A stretch of 55,758 nucleotides of DNA, filler included, from Sphacelaria rigidula (taxonomy: Eukaryota), in NCBI GenBank assembly GCA_964200075.2. It is 4 parts of 4 records of this genome, joined end to end, with 100 filler letters (N's around TTAATTAATTAA, not from the genome) between each part and the next. Parts side by side here need not be neighbours in the genome. Positions count along the whole stretch, not along the records: positions 41,898 to 55,758 come from CAXNAA020002627.1; 3 more parts are not named here. One strand, written 5' to 3'. The notes under the pieces were generated by a model. The model searched no databases. It was not told the DNA's origin and saw only the letters and a program-made list of their open reading frames with translations. A program made the position numbers and the translations under genes. Of this stretch, positions 52,046 to 55,758 are shown one piece after another (position 1 is the first letter of the stretch; each line of letters starts with the position of its first letter).

Positions 52046-52963
52046 TAGTGGGGGGCTCTCAGTAGTGCCGGTATGTCCCCACTACGGACACCGGCACTAC
52101 TCTGAAAAGTGCCAAAACAGGTGCAATTGAGGGCTCTGAATACCTCAGTAGTGCCGGTTCCGGCTTTTCTGACGACCGTCCGTTCGTACAGTGCTACGCT
52201 TGCCCTTCGTGGGACCAACGGAAGCACAGAACGGACGAGGACCTTTGTTTCAAGGGGTTTCGATAGGAGACGTCACGTGAGGTTTCGGGGTAGAAGAACT
52301 AAACCCGATGTTTTTTTGGTTTTCACATTCAACTTGATTGATCCTGTTCACAGGTTGATCATTTCCTTCCCTACTAGCACAACAGCAGCAGTACGGCCAC
52401 AAAAGTTGCCCATGCCGAAAGACCTTCCCGACAAGAAAAACAAGGACACATCTGCACCCAACGCAACTATGGAGGTGCGGCATCTGGTGTGGAAAAAAAA
52501 CTCACGAAAGAGTACAACGCCCACCAAAAGGAGTGAGCGAGAAAGAATGAACCACACTCCTCTTCACTTCCTACCGGCTACCGAGACAAGGAGAGAGAGA
52601 AACAAATGATCTCGAAAAAAAACACACCGATGCAGCAAAACTAGACACGACTCCTCCCGTGGCTGTGCTCGGGCGAAGACGCTACGGGCTACCCGATAGA
52701 AAACAACATCAGTGAAGCAACCACCAGCACGTACTCTGCTGTACCCCTACTGGTGCTTGGTTGGTGGGGGGTAAGGCGTGCGTGGGTGTGTTCGGAACCG
52801 GCACTGTCGAGGGTACAAAACCGTTCAAACCGGCACTACTGAGGGTCATCTGTCAGTAGTGCCGGGCGGCACTACTGCAAGCTCTGGCTGTGCCCGGAGA
52901 TTTTACCGGCATTATGTAGGTCGTTGGCACTATTCAATTGGCACTACTGAGAGCCCCCCACTG
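52046..52963. mobile_element. Tc1/mariner(pogo)-type non-autonomous element
   Basis: 24-bp TIR (T/C)AGTGGGGGGCTCTCAGTAGTGCC at both ends, TA on both flanks, several subterminal CCGGCACTACT/AGTAGTGCCGG motifs, no transposase ORF. Confidence 0.88.
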
Positions 52964-53280
52964 TATATGGAGTGTGCAATTCGCCTGAAAAACAAGCATA
53001 TCAATCGCTTTCAGCACAAATGAGAACGGCATGATCGTTTGCATGCATGCCTCGCGGCGCAGCTGATGGCTTTCAAATTTGAAAACCCCGTCTCGACCAT
53101 TATAAAGTGCAGTATAATTGCTGATGCAATGTACTGTCTGTACTGCATTTGACGGTACAGTATTGTCATACTGTGTTACAGTATCCGTACCGTAATACTG
53201 CGTAACCGCATGTCATATGCGGCGTAACCAGGGCGTAACCGCATCTCGTATTTATTTCGATACTTTTCTAAGGTGAACTC

Positions 53281-53650
53281 TGGTCGCCTCGGTGGCTCAG
53301 TTGGTAACCTCGTGACCCTCTCATGGTTGAGTTGTGGGGTTCGACTCCCGGAGCGATCTAGGATTTTTTCTTACATCATGCCCAACAGTGGAGAGCGACT
53401 ATGCCGTGGGTACACAAAATTCGACTCAACGGTCGACGAGGGAAAGGGACTGCTGAACCCCTCTCGCGATGAAGCGAAAAAAAAGGCAAGCAGCGCAGAA
53501 GAAAGGAGGGGTACTAAAAACAAAAAACAAAAAAAAACTCCTGTGTTGACCTTTCTCCTGTGTGACCCCGGCTGATGCGCCCACATACATCGAAAGGGGG
53601 AGACTGGCGCCCAGAATAAATGGGACGACAACACAACACACACAACACAC
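53281..53650 (+). mobile_element. tRNA-derived SINE, type A, full length
   Basis: GGTGGCTCAGTTGGTAACC ... GGTTCGACTC head, shared body, tail GACAACACAACACACACAACACAC. Confidence 0.88.
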
Positions 53651-54299
53651 TCCCAATTTTCAGAGCAACTTTCCTTGTGGATTTCTCACCTGCGACGTCG
53701 CGTTCCCTCATGAAACTTTGCGCACGAGTCGGACACAACACAGGCAACATATACGCCAAGCTCCCGCACGATTGGGCCCCGCACAAATTACTAACATGGG
53801 CACAACGACCTCGGGGAATGCCGTCGATGCGCCCTCAAAGCGGCTACCCTGCAGTCCAGACTTCGTGCACTACAGGTGAATGCATATATGCACGCGCAGG
53901 TCCCCTAACTTCGACATTTCGAGCGGCTGGTCGGCCGATGTAGTAGTAAACTGATACCGGTGACCCTTTCTGGATCATGACCATCGGCAGTGTACCGATC
54001 GGCGTATAGTCTGTAGAGGTGCGCTGTTCATGACGCACGGCCCTACGCCGCTGTAGCCGCTGCAAGGCGCTGAAACTTCGGTAATCTATTATGCGAACCA
54101 CAGCCAATAGTTCCCCGTCGCTACATCCGGTGCTGTGCATTGCAGCAGGGCGGACTAGGGCGGAACGTGGTCAGATTCTGTTCTGAAAAAAAAAAACTTT
54201 TGGCGCAACTCTGTTTCGTGATTCGGGATCATTTTCTTTCCTTTTTCAGGTGAACGTGATGCTGATTCTACAGAAGGAGCACCTCCCGCGGCCAAGGGA

Positions 54300-54631
54300 A
54301 TAACCCTTGGACGGCGAGGGTAGTCCATCTGGATCATGCATACTTTTTCCAAGTGATACTAGTGCCGATTCGACAGATGTCCTACTCCTGCCGTCGAAGG
54401 GTTGACCCTCAGACGGCGAGAGTAGGCTTGACCCCTAGACCACGGTGCGGGTAGTCCATCTGGATCACCTATATTTTTTCCAAGTGGAATTGATGCCGAT
54501 TCAGCAGGTGACCTACCCTCGTGGACAAAGGGTTAACCCTTTGACCGGGACGGTAGGTCACCTGCTGAATCGGCATCAAATTCAAGTACTGTAATCCAGA
54601 TGGACTACCCGCATCGCCGTATAAGGGTTAG
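54300..54631. mobile_element. Array of the same piggyBac-like mini element: two direct copies, a fragment and one inverted copy
   Basis: Units 54300-54405 (+), 54428-54536 (+), 54533-54631 (-), joined at shared TTAA/TTGA. A further partial inverted copy lies at 51535-51598. Confidence 0.82.
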
Positions 54632-55758
54632 TTAATACAACATTCGCACTGACACAACAACTTCACCAACATGGACACCTCGCAGTCTCGGTACCTCCAG
54701 TAGGCCTCAAGCTTTGGTCGTATATCTATGGTTGACAACATGACTACTTGATTTTAGACTTGAGAGTTTTGAGAAAAATTGTGGTTTGGGGCAGGTGAGC
54801 AGTGGACCCAGCTCGTCCAGAACATGTCTTGGTCGAAATCGGCGCCTGCAGCGTCGATTTCAGGTCTGCCAACGCACACTTTGCCAAGGGGAATTTATGC
54901 GCACCCCTTGCCCCGAGGGTCTCGTGCGCCTTGGGTCGGGGTCAGGGTTTTAGCGTTCTTGTTAGTTTGTTCGAAACAATCAACAGTTGATAACTACGCC
55001 TGCCGCTCTGTACAGGCAGCGGCCTACATGTCTGCGATAATGGACCTAGTCGGTCTTTCGAGCTTACGAACGGAAAACTGTCCTTACGTGGATATGCTCA
55101 ACAATCCGATTATTGCCCCGCGACACTTGCACGGCTATGATGGACACTTGTTCGGATTTTTCGGTGTCAACGCATTCCCAACCTCTCCAGGACCTTGTGC
55201 TTCACATTCAAGTACACCAACAAACATTTGTCGAGTTGACATGGGGGCGAGGAGGGCATTGAACGGCAGGAGAGGGCGAAATAGACGTCGCCCCGTCCGG
55301 GATGGTATCGGCCACAAATTTTTAGGGGTGGTATATACCGTATCTATTCATTTACTCTCTTGTGCCGTTACACAGAAGTGCTGGCTGAATTGTTCTCTGC
55401 TGTATGTACAGCTCCGCTGCAGCGTGCTTGATGGGAGGAGCTTTTGCAGAACCTCTATGAACTCGACATTCTCTATGATGGGCTCCCCCCCCAAAGTGGC
55501 TGGTTTGGGGAGACAAAATGTACACGTAGATCAAAATGAAGAAAGCCGAACACAACGAGCAGCTGGGAATTCTCACGCTTGGGTTCGTTTCCGCTAATAT
55601 CGCTCATATGAGGCGCTTGATGCAATCTGAAACCGCACGTCAGACTCTGTGTGACCATTTTGTTCGGGAAAGTTTTAGGCTGGTTTTGGGGGAGGGGGAG
55701 GGGGAGGGGGGGGGCGCGGAACCATCTATTGCTGGTCTTAGGCCGTTGACCATCGAAC

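Noticed and set aside
52348-52413. MGNFCG... N-myristoylation-like start for gene 3
   Set aside because: Lies inside the Tc1/mariner MITE and hits a stop after about 21 codons; likely chance.
54779-55597. 272-aa plus-strand ORF as a gene
   Set aside because: Overlaps a dispersed repeat (54822-54952); no recognisable domain or splice context.

Overview
Eukaryotic, intron-rich and repeat-rich genomic DNA, most consistent with a brown alga (Phaeophyceae; inferred from gene families and repeat types, not from a search). The window is several contigs joined by 100-nt gap pads (44 N + TTAATTAATTAA + 44 N), so adjacency across them is unproven. Three spliced genes can be rebuilt by hand with consistent exon phases. 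(1) Minus strand, 747-8353+: a Pmp-like GGA-repeat beta-helix ectodomain, a Cys-rich linker and a multi-TM C-terminus. (2) Plus strand, 14222-23707, 12 visible exons, 5' end lost at a gap: apparently a DUF6625-like DxD domain fused to a divergent GT49-like domain, reminiscent of LARGE. (3) Minus strand, 43479-49773+: its 4.4-kb last exon encodes an acidic disordered protein with about 14-15 copies of a 45-aa repeat, a PPxY motif and a polybasic CCVVM CaaX end. The rest is mobile DNA: decayed Ty3/Gypsy pieces, two tRNA-derived SINE types sharing a 3' module, a 445-bp foldback element, a Tc1/mariner-type MITE and tandem/inverted arrays of a 100-bp TTAA-flanked piggyBac-like element. No CRISPR, rRNA or true tRNA gene was seen. 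No clearly new multi-gene system is demonstrable; the best leads are the two-domain glycosyltransferase and the prenylated repeat protein.
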